From Candidatus Latescibacterota bacterium (lineage in GTDB: Bacteria > Latescibacterota > UBA2968 > UBA8231), in the NCBI GenBank assembly GCA_965206595.1, contig OZ242214.1, positions 6,624,001 to 6,688,000 on the forward strand: a DNA stretch of 64,000 nucleotides, in the 5' to 3' direction. Position numbers and translations under genes: made by a program. Within the stretch, counting starts at the first letter, position 1. Each line of letters opens with the position of its first letter. Under the pieces are notes generated by a model. It saw only the letters and a program-made list of their open reading frames with translations. It did not search any database and was not told the DNA's origin. This document shows positions 49,155 to 58,035 of this stretch, piece after piece.

Positions 49155-51374
49155 TCAGTACGCCACAACTACTATCCCATTCTTTTCTTCGTTCCCGGAG
49201 TCGGCGTCTACGGAGATGCTGTACAGGTAGGATCCCGGTGGCACGGTATTCCCGAAAGCATCGGTTCCGTCCCAGCTTCGCGAATACCTCCCGCTTTTGT
49301 CGGTGCCCGTGTATACCTCGCGCACCAAGCGGCCGGAAAGGTCGTATATCCACGTTGTGACCTCCGCCCTCCCGATCAGGCTCGTCACGTCGTAGTCGAG
49401 GACCGTGGTTTCGTTGAATCCGTCGCCGTTAGGGGTAAATACTTCCGGAGTGGCCCCCGCGTTTATCAGGAGGGCCCCTTTTATCGGAATTTGGACGACG
49501 ATGTTCGCCGCATTGCGCACTACCTTCCCCCCGGATGCGGAGGCGATGTCCGCGGCGTTGCCGCCGCTCAACTCCTGCGGCAGGCCGTCGGGGGCTTCGG
49601 GAAGAGCCCTGCCCGAAAAAGCGGTCGCCGCCCTCAGCACGGGGCAGGTGAACTTCACATTGAGGACGGTCATCTCCCCGTCTTCGATACGGCTGGATTC
49701 CACGGTGGGAAAACCGATGCGGAAGCGCGTCTCTTCGACTTGGTCGACGCTGATATCTCCACGCCGGATCGGAAGGGTGCTGAGGTCGGCGTCCTCGAAG
49801 TTTTCGGCAGAGGTGCTGCCATCCGGCCTCGTATAGGTGATCTCGCCTATGGATACGACACGCACCGGCGTCGAAATCTCGAGAGCGCTGAACCCGAGGT
49901 CGATTCCGGGACGCAGATCGGGGATCACGGTGTAGGAAAACTCCCGAGCGCTGCCCAGGTCGGCTTCCCGGGGACTGATTTCAGCAACGATCTGCTCCGC
50001 AAGAGAGGGGCCGGAAACGTCGATGGAAAGGGATCCGAGACTCCTGGCGGAAAACAGGTCGTCGTTCTCGAAGTCGATCCTCACCTGGAAGTATCGCGCC
50101 GGCCCGGGCGAAACGATCGGGGTTCCACCTTCTCCGTCGGCGATCTGGAGAGCAGTTCCGGCCCCCGCCGGGGAGTACGGCGGCGACCACGTACTCCAGT
50201 TGTCCACGTCGTCGCGCACAAGGCCCTTGACCCCCGAATTGAGGCGGCCGTATTCCCCTTCACTCAAGGCGATGGCGTTGCGCTGATCGAGCGGCAACTC
50301 GCCGTAGAGCCGCAAAGCCGCCCGCGGATCGAGGTCTTCGGCATCGAGCATCTCGACGATCTCTCTCTCCTCGGTGCCCCCGTCGTACTCCCCGGCACCC
50401 GCCCATGGCACCTGCGCGCCGTCAGGGCGGCGACGGTTGAAAACCACCGGGGTGTCGTCGATACCGGTTCGCGTGCGGATCTCGACGCGCGAGCGCAGGG
50501 AATCGCCGATGCTCTCCTCTTCCCAGCGAATCCTGCCCCAGAGAGCAAGGTCCTCGCCGAAATCGAGGATGTTGGTCAAGTACTGTGCCCGGGGCACGAA
50601 ACCGGCCCCGAAAACCTGAAACTCGGCGATTTCGAAATCGACGGTGGTCAGCGATTTGAGCTGGATGTGGCGCACGAGCTGGGGTTCGATGATCAACTCG
50701 ACAACGGGCTTGTCGTTCTGCAGCTCGAGCAGGACCCCGGGTCCGAACACCGGCCGGCCGCTGATCTGGGTTTCGTCGGAGCCGTCGTTGAGAAACAGCT
50801 CGAACGCCCGCAGGAAATCGTCTTCGAACGGAAACGCTTCGGTGGCGTAGGCGGGGTCGGCGTTCCTGGGAAAGAACTTGAACCTGCTGACGCCGAACTG
50901 CGAGCCGAGATCGAACTGCATGACGACCCCCAGGGTGTTCACCTGCCTTCCGGGGGAGTCCTTTCTCTCGAAGGCGGTCTCCCCGTCGTCGTCGATCATC
51001 TGGGGAAGTACGGTGTCGAGATTCTCGAACACGTTCGGCGCGGTAACCGCACCGCCGCGTTGGAGCAGGCCCAGGGCGATATTCTCGGATTCATCGGCCA
51101 GTTCCGGCGAGATCCATCCATCCCTGGTCTCGAAGTCGATGACGCCTCCAGGGGTGTTCCCGAACTCGATCTCCTGAGAGCCTGTGATGTAGACCGGGGT
51201 GATTCCTTCGCCGCCACTACTCCAATCGATGCCGTTCTCCCCACCGAAGACGATGGTGCGCCCATTTGCCGTAGCCGCCGTACAGGCCAGAACCAGAACT
51301 CCTTCGAGAAGCCGTCGAAGAGGTTTGTTTCGCCGGCGCCCCGATTCCCTGCACCCGGTTCGTTCAGAATTCAT
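49155..51374 (-). CDS. secreted protein with discoidin-like region and FlgD-Ig/CHU_C-like C-terminal domain
   Basis: Signal peptide; C-terminus FTPNGDGFNET..IYDLSGRLVR..WDGTDAFGNTVPPGSYL..VVVAY. Confidence 0.8.
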   Translation of the reverse strand: MNSERTGCRESGRRRNKPLRRLLEGVLVLACTAATANGRTIVFGGENGIDWSSGGEGITPVYITGSQEIEFGNTPGGVIDFETRDGWISPELADESENIALGLLQRGGAVTAPNVFENLDTVLPQMIDDDGETAFERKDSPGRQVNTLGVVMQFDLGSQFGVSRFKFFPRNADPAYATEAFPFEDDFLRAFELFLNDGSDETQISGRPVFGPGVLLELQNDKPVVELIIEPQLVRHIQLKSLTTVDFEIAEFQVFGAGFVPRAQYLTNILDFGEDLALWGRIRWEEESIGDSLRSRVEIRTRTGIDDTPVVFNRRRPDGAQVPWAGAGEYDGGTEEREIVEMLDAEDLDPRAALRLYGELPLDQRNAIALSEGEYGRLNSGVKGLVRDDVDNWSTWSPPYSPAGAGTALQIADGEGGTPIVSPGPARYFQVRIDFENDDLFSARSLGSLSIDVSGPSLAEQIVAEISPREADLGSAREFSYTVIPDLRPGIDLGFSALEISTPVRVVSIGEITYTRPDGSTSAENFEDADLSTLPIRRGDISVDQVEETRFRIGFPTVESSRIEDGEMTVLNVKFTCPVLRAATAFSGRALPEAPDGLPQELSGGNAADIASASGGKVVRNAANIVVQIPIKGALLINAGATPEVFTPNGDGFNETTVLDYDVTSLIGRAEVTTWIYDLSGRLVREVYTGTDKSGRYSRSWDGTDAFGNTVPPGSYLYSISVDADSGNEEKNGIVVVAY

Positions 51375-51543
51375 AAGAAAGTCGTAATCCTTCCCCCGAT
51401 GGACGGGGAAGTATCAATTCTCCGAATCGCGGTACGTTTCCATAGGAAATCCCACAGCATGGCAGGGAGGCTGCGAGGAGCCGGCAGATTGGAAAATCGC
51501 GGTTCCGCTTCCCGATAGGGAGGCATTCCAAGTCGAGGGCTCC

Positions 51544-54276
51544 TTAATACGCCACGTGGATCAGCCGGTGCGCCGCTGTCGAGGTAGCCGACGCGGAATC
51601 GACAGCGATCTCGATTCTGGCGATGTAGATGCCCGGGGGCACGAGCACTTGGGAATCGTCGTCCCCGAGCCAGGAGATCGCGTAGGAACCTCGCGGATCC
51701 GTCCGCTTTTCCATGGTCTGGCGTACTACGGTGCCGCCGAGGTCGAAAATAGTCAGCCTTACCTCGCGCTCGCTGTTGATGCGAGCGACCGTGAAATGGA
51801 ACGTCATCATATCGTTGATGCCGTCCCCGTTGGGAGTGAGAACCCCCGATCCTGTGGAGAGATTGCTGATTACCTCGTTCCCGGCCAGCGCCAGGACTGC
51901 CGTTGTCTGGCTGTTGACCAGTTCGGTGGCGTCGCCGGCATCGACGCGCTGCCATAAACCGGGCTCCTCAGAGTTCTGCCCGGCCACCTTGAACGAAGTG
52001 CTCGTGGAGAAAATCGTCGGCCTGAAGCGCACTTCGACGAGGTCCGTTCCCTTGGCTACTGGTTCGGGCAATCGAAACCACAACGTGCTGTCAGCGGAGC
52101 CAATCATCACCAGCTCGGCTGCCGAAAAGACCTTTGCTCCGTCCCCGGCGAAGTCTTCATCGCTTCCGACCAGCGCCTCGACCAACTCCATGGTGGTTCC
52201 TCCGGTCGCCTCTATTCTCAACTCGTCGAAGCGCTGCCTGGAACTGGAAAACGAAGGGCGTATGAAGAAGGACAGGTCCAATGGTTTTCCGAGATCCTCT
52301 ACCTGGCTCGGAAACACTTCGCCGACCAGGCGATCGGCCACAGGATCCGAGAAATTCACCGTGATCGAGTGCAGAGACGCCCCCACATCTGCCAGTTCGG
52401 AGAACAAAGTCGCACGGATCTGCATGAACTCCCTGGGGCTCGGAGAGGTGATGTCGGCCCCCTGAAACTGGTACGGAGGACTCCATGCAGACCAGTCTCC
52501 TCCGGGTATGAAGAAGTTTTTTACCTCCCCCTTCTTCGACTTGGGCAGGCGGTCGTATTTCGATTTTGCCGCCTCGGGATCGTCGACCGGCTCCACGGGA
52601 TTACCATTAGAATCGAAATAGAGGAAATTCTCGATCAGCTCGTTCCCGGAACGTGTCTGGATTTCGATGCGGGTCCCCTCGGGAAAGTCGGCTTCCCAGG
52701 AAATCGTGCTGAGGTTCTTGCTGCCGCCGAGCTCGATGAGATCGGAAACCATCACCAGTTCCGGAACGAACCCTTCCCCGTACAACAGCATTTCCGCGAA
52801 AGCCGTGAACGTTCCCAGTACCCCACCGCCTCCCGGATTTGATTTGAGCGTGCCGATCGTGCCTTTGAGATAGCGCACAAGGGTAGGCTCGATATCGTAC
52901 TGGCGGAATTTTTGCGCCCCCTCACCAGCGCAGTGATCGCACGAATACCCGAAATGGGATCCCGTGCCTCCCACTCCCAGCCCGGTGACCTCACCCGCCG
53001 CCCGCGTCCACTTGATGCTTCCATCCGGAGCGCGGGAACCGTCCGATACATCCACCGCCATCTCGTCGATCGCATCCTTGCCGTCCATCAGGAACTGCAT
53101 GGTGTCGACCCAGTAGAGAGCGCCAAGATCCACGACGAAGTCGCTCGGACCGAAGTGCCTGAACAAGGTAACGGTATGCGCCGTCGAATGCCTGCCGTCG
53201 ACTGCGACCGCGGTGATGTCCTTCCACCCCAGGCCCGGACTCGGAAACTCAATGTTGACGCTGCCGCCCCGTTCCGCCATTCTGAGCGCCAAGTTGTCTC
53301 CCGAGGTCCAGACCTCGATCTCGGCGACCCGCGGCCGCTCTCTTCTGTAATACCTGATCGAGCCCCGGCGCTCCTCCCTGATGTTTTCGTACTCGCTCCG
53401 GGAGATCAACGTCTCGCGTCCCGATGGCTCGCGACGGTAGTGATCGATGGCGCCTCGCTCCTCGGGGGATATGGCCCCGTACTTTTCCTCGGCGGTCTCC
53501 CCGTCGGACAACACCTCGGAAGACCTTTCGAGATCTGTGTCAGTGGCGAATATCTGAATCCTGTCTATGGCGTCGCCGCCGAAACTGTCGCTGGCGGGAA
53601 TCAGGGATTCCGGAGGCCGGAATGTGTTGTTCGCCTCGGGATCCGGAAAAAACTCGAACACCCTCTGACTTTTGTTCGGCTTGTCCGTCCTGCCCAGCTC
53701 CCAGTACTTCGGAATGTCCGGGGCTCCGTTCAGCCAGAGCTCGGGAGCTCCTCTCGGAGGAGCGTGGCGCCACGCGAGTACCTTGAACTGCAGGAACGGA
53801 TCTCCCTCTTCTTCCTCGGCGAAGCGCACCACGATCCTGTTGGCAACCACTATGCGCCCGAGGTTTACTTCCGCCCACCATTCGGACAAAGGGCTGTCCG
53901 TGTCGGGTCCCCAGGTCGTTGCAGGGTTGCCGTCGATCAGGAACCGCGCCTCGCTGTCATTGGAACCCACAATGACTCCTCCCGGTCCATCGTCGAAAGC
54001 TGCTCCCTTGGCTTCGTTTTCGAACTCCGTGGCGTCGAAAGCTGCGTTGATGCCTTTGCGCATGAAACGAGGTCCGACGGAGCCATCGCCGGTTATTTCC
54101 GCGGTGCCGCCCGCGACCGCCCACTGCTGCCAGTGGGAGCTGCGGTCAACGACAATCTCGTTTCCCTGTATGCTGTATCCGAGCTGAGCCGACAGCGGCG
54201 ACGAACCTGGGGCAATAACGGCCAAGGCAGCCGCGAACGAAATCGGATGAAAGATCTGCACCTTGGAATTTATCAT
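51544..54276 (-). CDS. secreted protein with discoidin-like regions and FlgD-Ig/CHU_C-like C-terminal domain
   Basis: Start set at MINSKV (signal peptide; ORF is open to 54363); LIDGNPATTW and WAEVNLG; C-terminus LTPNGDGIND..IFDLGG..VPPGIYI..IHVAY. Confidence 0.8.
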   Translation of the reverse strand: MINSKVQIFHPISFAAALAVIAPGSSPLSAQLGYSIQGNEIVVDRSSHWQQWAVAGGTAEITGDGSVGPRFMRKGINAAFDATEFENEAKGAAFDDGPGGVIVGSNDSEARFLIDGNPATTWGPDTDSPLSEWWAEVNLGRIVVANRIVVRFAEEEEGDPFLQFKVLAWRHAPPRGAPELWLNGAPDIPKYWELGRTDKPNKSQRVFEFFPDPEANNTFRPPESLIPASDSFGGDAIDRIQIFATDTDLERSSEVLSDGETAEEKYGAISPEERGAIDHYRREPSGRETLISRSEYENIREERRGSIRYYRRERPRVAEIEVWTSGDNLALRMAERGGSVNIEFPSPGLGWKDITAVAVDGRHSTAHTVTLFRHFGPSDFVVDLGALYWVDTMQFLMDGKDAIDEMAVDVSDGSRAPDGSIKWTRAAGEVTGLGVGGTGSHFGYSCDHCAGEGAQKFRQYDIEPTLVRYLKGTIGTLKSNPGGGGVLGTFTAFAEMLLYGEGFVPELVMVSDLIELGGSKNLSTISWEADFPEGTRIEIQTRSGNELIENFLYFDSNGNPVEPVDDPEAAKSKYDRLPKSKKGEVKNFFIPGGDWSAWSPPYQFQGADITSPSPREFMQIRATLFSELADVGASLHSITVNFSDPVADRLVGEVFPSQVEDLGKPLDLSFFIRPSFSSSRQRFDELRIEATGGTTMELVEALVGSDEDFAGDGAKVFSAAELVMIGSADSTLWFRLPEPVAKGTDLVEVRFRPTIFSTSTSFKVAGQNSEEPGLWQRVDAGDATELVNSQTTAVLALAGNEVISNLSTGSGVLTPNGDGINDMMTFHFTVARINSEREVRLTIFDLGGTVVRQTMEKRTDPRGSYAISWLGDDDSQVLVPPGIYIARIEIAVDSASATSTAAHRLIHVAY

Positions 54277-54367
54277 AAGCCCTGCGATTGTTTCTCGACG
54301 CGGTAACGGTGTGAACTCTGGACTGATTCTCTTTAAAAGGATCTTCTTCAACTTGGACGTCAATGCA

Positions 54368-54412
54368 ACAGAAAGAGAACAGGGGGGGCTCCTGTTGTTT
54401 GAACCCCCCCTG
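54368..54412 (-). terminator. intrinsic terminator after the CBM9-like gene
   Basis: Minus strand CAGGGGGGGTT-loop-AGCCCCCCCTG followed by TTCTCTTTCTGTT. Confidence 0.7.
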
Positions 54413-54445
54413 CCTGTTTACTACGCCCTTTCCTCGTCTACTTCA

Positions 54446-55396
54446 TTACTCCTCGATGAGGAAATCGGACTTGATTCGGCCCCAAGTGTCGGTCTCGACA
54501 GCCGTCGGCCACAGCGAGTCGTCGATTTCGAGCAACTCGAAGTCGGCGAGCAGACTGCTGTTGCGCCAAGTGTCGTGCAACGGCGGAAAATCATACGAAG
54601 CCGAGTAACGCTCACCCTCGACGGGAACGTCGAAATCCTTGAACATGTAGGCAATGCCGAGGATGCTACCCACTTCGAGATCGACGATAGTGCTGCGGGA
54701 CTCGCCATCTTCACCGCGATACAGGTTCTCCCACGGGGTCACCATCATCTCGTAGGTGCGGGTTCCGGGTTCGTAGAGCTCGGCATTGAGCGTCCAACCC
54801 ACCTCGAGGTACTGGGGGGCCAGGATCTCGCGACCGGTGGTCAGGAAGTTGTCGTTGCCGACAAAACCGCGACCGAGCATGAAGATGTAGTAGCCGTCGA
54901 GGGGCGGGGTGTAGTAGCGGTAGTTCTGGCCCGAAACGAAGATCAAGTCGATCTGGTCGTCGTGCTCTTCTGCGTGCCAGTCACTGTTCCACAAGTCGCC
55001 GCCGCTGTGGTCGGCATCGACGATGAAATCGAAACCGTCATCCCAATCGACGCCGGAGGGGTCTTCCTTATCCCTCTTGAAGTAGTCGTCAAACACGTCG
55101 GCCGTTACATAGAGGCGGTTGGTCTCTTCGTTCCAGCCGAGGATGTGCTTGGTGTTGAAATCGTCGAGTCTGACTTCGGTGTCGTTGCCGACCACCGTCT
55201 CTTCGAAATCATTCTCGCGAGTCACCCAGTACGACTCGGGAACCATGTCCCAATCGCTGAGGTCGCCATCGATGGTCGGAATGGCGTGGGTCGGGAACGC
55301 GACCGCGAAGTACGTCACGCCCGGGGGCTCGTGCGCCGAGGCGGCGCTGAGGCCCAGGATGAGGCTGAGTGAAAGAATGCCCTTCAAACTTTTCAT
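54446..55396 (-). CDS. secreted CBM9/DOMON-like protein with TWGxIK tail
   Basis: GAGGAG RBS; signal peptide; PTIDGDLSDW, GWNEETNRLYV, DGFDFIVDAD and YEMMVTPW; tail TAVETDTWGRIK. Confidence 0.78.
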   Translation of the reverse strand: MKSLKGILSLSLILGLSAASAHEPPGVTYFAVAFPTHAIPTIDGDLSDWDMVPESYWVTRENDFEETVVGNDTEVRLDDFNTKHILGWNEETNRLYVTADVFDDYFKRDKEDPSGVDWDDGFDFIVDADHSGGDLWNSDWHAEEHDDQIDLIFVSGQNYRYYTPPLDGYYIFMLGRGFVGNDNFLTTGREILAPQYLEVGWTLNAELYEPGTRTYEMMVTPWENLYRGEDGESRSTIVDLEVGSILGIAYMFKDFDVPVEGERYSASYDFPPLHDTWRNSSLLADFELLEIDDSLWPTAVETDTWGRIKSDFLIEE

Positions 55397-55604
55397 TGCT
55401 TTGGATCTCCTCACGGACTGAAGGGGTTTTGAAAAATTGCAATCGCCACACTCTGTGTCGTTGCAAGTCTGCCGGCAGAATGGGCGCCGACAAGGAATTG
55501 TTCGTCGAGTTGTCGCATTGAACTGCGCCTGCCGCGAATGCGGTACTCATTCAGCTCGGTCCCACTCATAGGCTCATCCGGCAAGTTCTGAGTTCATTCC
55601 TTAA

Positions 55605-55656
55605 TGGCAGTACGGGTTTGTTTATTTGGCAGTAATGGTTGACTATTCAAAATAGT
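55605..55656. promoter_or_regulatory. direct repeat plus palindrome upstream of the envelope module
   Basis: TGGCAGTAnnGGTT at 55605 and 55627 (22-bp period); ACTATT-N3-AATAGT at 55642-55656. Confidence 0.45.
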
Positions 55657-55821
55657 AATGAAACAGTTTTGATAAAAGGTGTTTGGAGTTAGGAATCGTT
55701 GGAAATGTACGCCTTCCCGATGTTCCAAAGCAAGAGGCAAGCACTCGGAGATGAACAATTGAACACTGGTGAACCGTTGCGCCTTCAGGTCTCCTCCGGT
55801 TCGGATGACGGCAATTCTCCG

Positions 55822-57987
55822 TCATTTCCTCTCTTCGAGGAACTGTCGCACCGAGGCCGCCAGTGGGTGCTCCGGCCCGAGCTCAAGACCCTTCAGTGCC
55901 ACCTCGTAGGCACGTCGGTACTGGCCGGTGGCGTAGAGCGCTTTGGCGAGGTTGAAGTAGGCTGTTGAATGAGTAGGGTCGAAATCGAGGAGCCGCTCCC
56001 ACAAGCGGATCGCCTCTCCGACCCGACCGGTGCTGGCGCAGGCGATCGCCAAGTCGTTGTAGTACTCGGGACCGTCGGGAAACAAGGCCACCGCGGCCCT
56101 CAGTAAGGGCAGTGCCCGGTCGTAGGCGCGCAGGTAGCCATGGGCGATTCCCGCGTTTCCATACAGGCGGTGGGCGTAGACATCGGGCAACAAGTCGGAC
56201 AACTGAGGCACCTTCAGGGCCCGGTCGAAGGTGCGCACCGCCTCGTTCCAGTCGGAGGCCCGCATCGCCAGCGACCCGATCCGGGTATTCAGCAGCACGT
56301 CGAACAAGGTACTGGCGCCTGGTTCGGCACCCTCCATGTCGGACGGCAGTAATCCCAGCCGGATGGTGGGACCGGAGTGCTCCATCCCGGCTAACCCCGA
56401 CAGCGGCAGGAAATACCAGTCCATGGGATCGAATGCCGCTGCATCCACCCCTGTACCGGGTGAAAATGTCTGCGGCCACGAAGCGGAAGAGACGAGTTTC
56501 CCGGAATTCGGCGACACCTCGGCATCGGCGCAGAGCGGGTGTCGATACTCCAATAAAACAACATGCGGACTCGCCCCGGTTGCCAGCCTTGCACTTTCCC
56601 AAACCCTAGCCGGGTCAGGTTCGAGAAACAGCGGCGGAAGATGTTCGCGTTTGCGAAGCCAATCGTACGCCGCGATCAGCTTCTCCTCACCATAGCTGCG
56701 AAGAAAATGCGTCTCCCTGACGAGGACTCGGCGCGGTGTCAGCACCTGGATGTTCCCGCACCTGTCGGGGAGGTGCACCAGCCGCCTGCTGGCGGGGGCG
56801 TTGTTCTCCATCCAGGTGACGGCCTGTTCGCGCGTGTCGCTGCCTGACAGCAGAGCCCTGGTGTGCAGCGAGGCGTAGGCCGGCTCCGCGAGCAGGACGG
56901 CGAGAACCGCCGCCATCAGCGTGGGGCTGCGGCGCAACCGGAGCAGGGGCCGAACCATCAGCACCGACATGATCGGAGTCAGCGGCAGCGCGTATCGCAT
57001 GAAAACCGAGCCCGCTGCGGCCAGCAGAATCGCGAAGGCACCCAGTCCTGAGAGCAGAACGACCTCGTCCCTCTTCAGGCTCCCCGGCTTTCTCGCCAGA
57101 GACAGAAGCAGGAGGGCGACCCCCGCCAGGCCAAGGCCGAAACGCAGGGTGTGACGCAAGTGGAAAAAAAAGGGCCGTTCTACGGCCGCATTCGGAAGCA
57201 AATGGTCGCCGCCCATTTGGGCGAAGTCCTTCCAGAAAGCGGCCGAATCCAGCCACACGTACGGAGTCGCAGCACAGAACGACAGCACCGCCGCAGCGCC
57301 GGCGCACCAGATGCCGGGATGGCGCAGAGAAGGGGTCCGCAGCAACGCCGCGGCCGCGACTGGCACCGCGACCAGGGCAGCCGGGTACTTGGTCGCTCCT
57401 GCCAGGCCGGCGAAGAGCCCGGCGACCAGCGCATCGACACAGGTCCCCCGTTGCCGCATCCGCACCGCAAACACCAGGGCCAGGCTGACCCACAGCACCG
57501 CCGGCGTGTCGGTGTTGGCGAGATGGCCGAAGCGCACCGACAGTGGCATCAGCGCCAGGACAAGGGCGGCCAACAGCCCCCCGGCGGAGCCGTACAGGAG
57601 ACGCCCTAGAAAGGCTGTCACCGCCACGGTAGCCGCCGCCATCACGGTGCTGCATGCGCGGGCGAGTGACAACAGATCGCCGCCGTCGACGAAATACCGG
57701 TAGGCGACGAACTGTTCCAGCGGAACGCTTTCCGCCAAGGTGAACTTTGCGAAATAGAGAAGGGATACCAGGTAGAACTGAAGGGTCGGATAGTTGAAGA
57801 AGTGGGGATTGAGATCGCCGCTCCAGAATCCCAGCGGAATCAGGACCAGCGATTCCTCATCGAAGTGCGACCACTCCGGCGCCGGGAGCGGCCAGCGCAG
57901 CCACAGCGAGAGAAGCACCGTCCCCCCCAGCAACCAGGGCCAGTATCTCGCGATGGACAGGGAAGAGTCGGGAGGCTGCGTTCTCAC
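55822..57987 (-). CDS. GT-C fold (GT39/PMT-like) membrane glycosyltransferase with C-terminal TPRs
   Basis: HFDE after TM1, NPHFFNYP, ANTD, GLAGATKY, multiple TMs; TPRs YNDLA and YFNLA. Confidence 0.8.
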   Translation of the reverse strand: MRTQPPDSSLSIARYWPWLLGGTVLLSLWLRWPLPAPEWSHFDEESLVLIPLGFWSGDLNPHFFNYPTLQFYLVSLLYFAKFTLAESVPLEQFVAYRYFVDGGDLLSLARACSTVMAAATVAVTAFLGRLLYGSAGGLLAALVLALMPLSVRFGHLANTDTPAVLWVSLALVFAVRMRQRGTCVDALVAGLFAGLAGATKYPAALVAVPVAAAALLRTPSLRHPGIWCAGAAAVLSFCAATPYVWLDSAAFWKDFAQMGGDHLLPNAAVERPFFFHLRHTLRFGLGLAGVALLLLSLARKPGSLKRDEVVLLSGLGAFAILLAAAGSVFMRYALPLTPIMSVLMVRPLLRLRRSPTLMAAVLAVLLAEPAYASLHTRALLSGSDTREQAVTWMENNAPASRRLVHLPDRCGNIQVLTPRRVLVRETHFLRSYGEEKLIAAYDWLRKREHLPPLFLEPDPARVWESARLATGASPHVVLLEYRHPLCADAEVSPNSGKLVSSASWPQTFSPGTGVDAAAFDPMDWYFLPLSGLAGMEHSGPTIRLGLLPSDMEGAEPGASTLFDVLLNTRIGSLAMRASDWNEAVRTFDRALKVPQLSDLLPDVYAHRLYGNAGIAHGYLRAYDRALPLLRAAVALFPDGPEYYNDLAIACASTGRVGEAIRLWERLLDFDPTHSTAYFNLAKALYATGQYRRAYEVALKGLELGPEHPLAASVRQFLEERK

Positions 57988-58035
57988 CCTCCGTAGGTTG
58001 CGCGCGTGCGAGTTGGGTACCGCTGCGACATTGCA

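Noticed and set aside
47217-51518. 1433-aa plus-strand ORF
   Set aside because: Antisense shadow of the minus-strand module genes; no motifs, and typical of high-GC codon bias.
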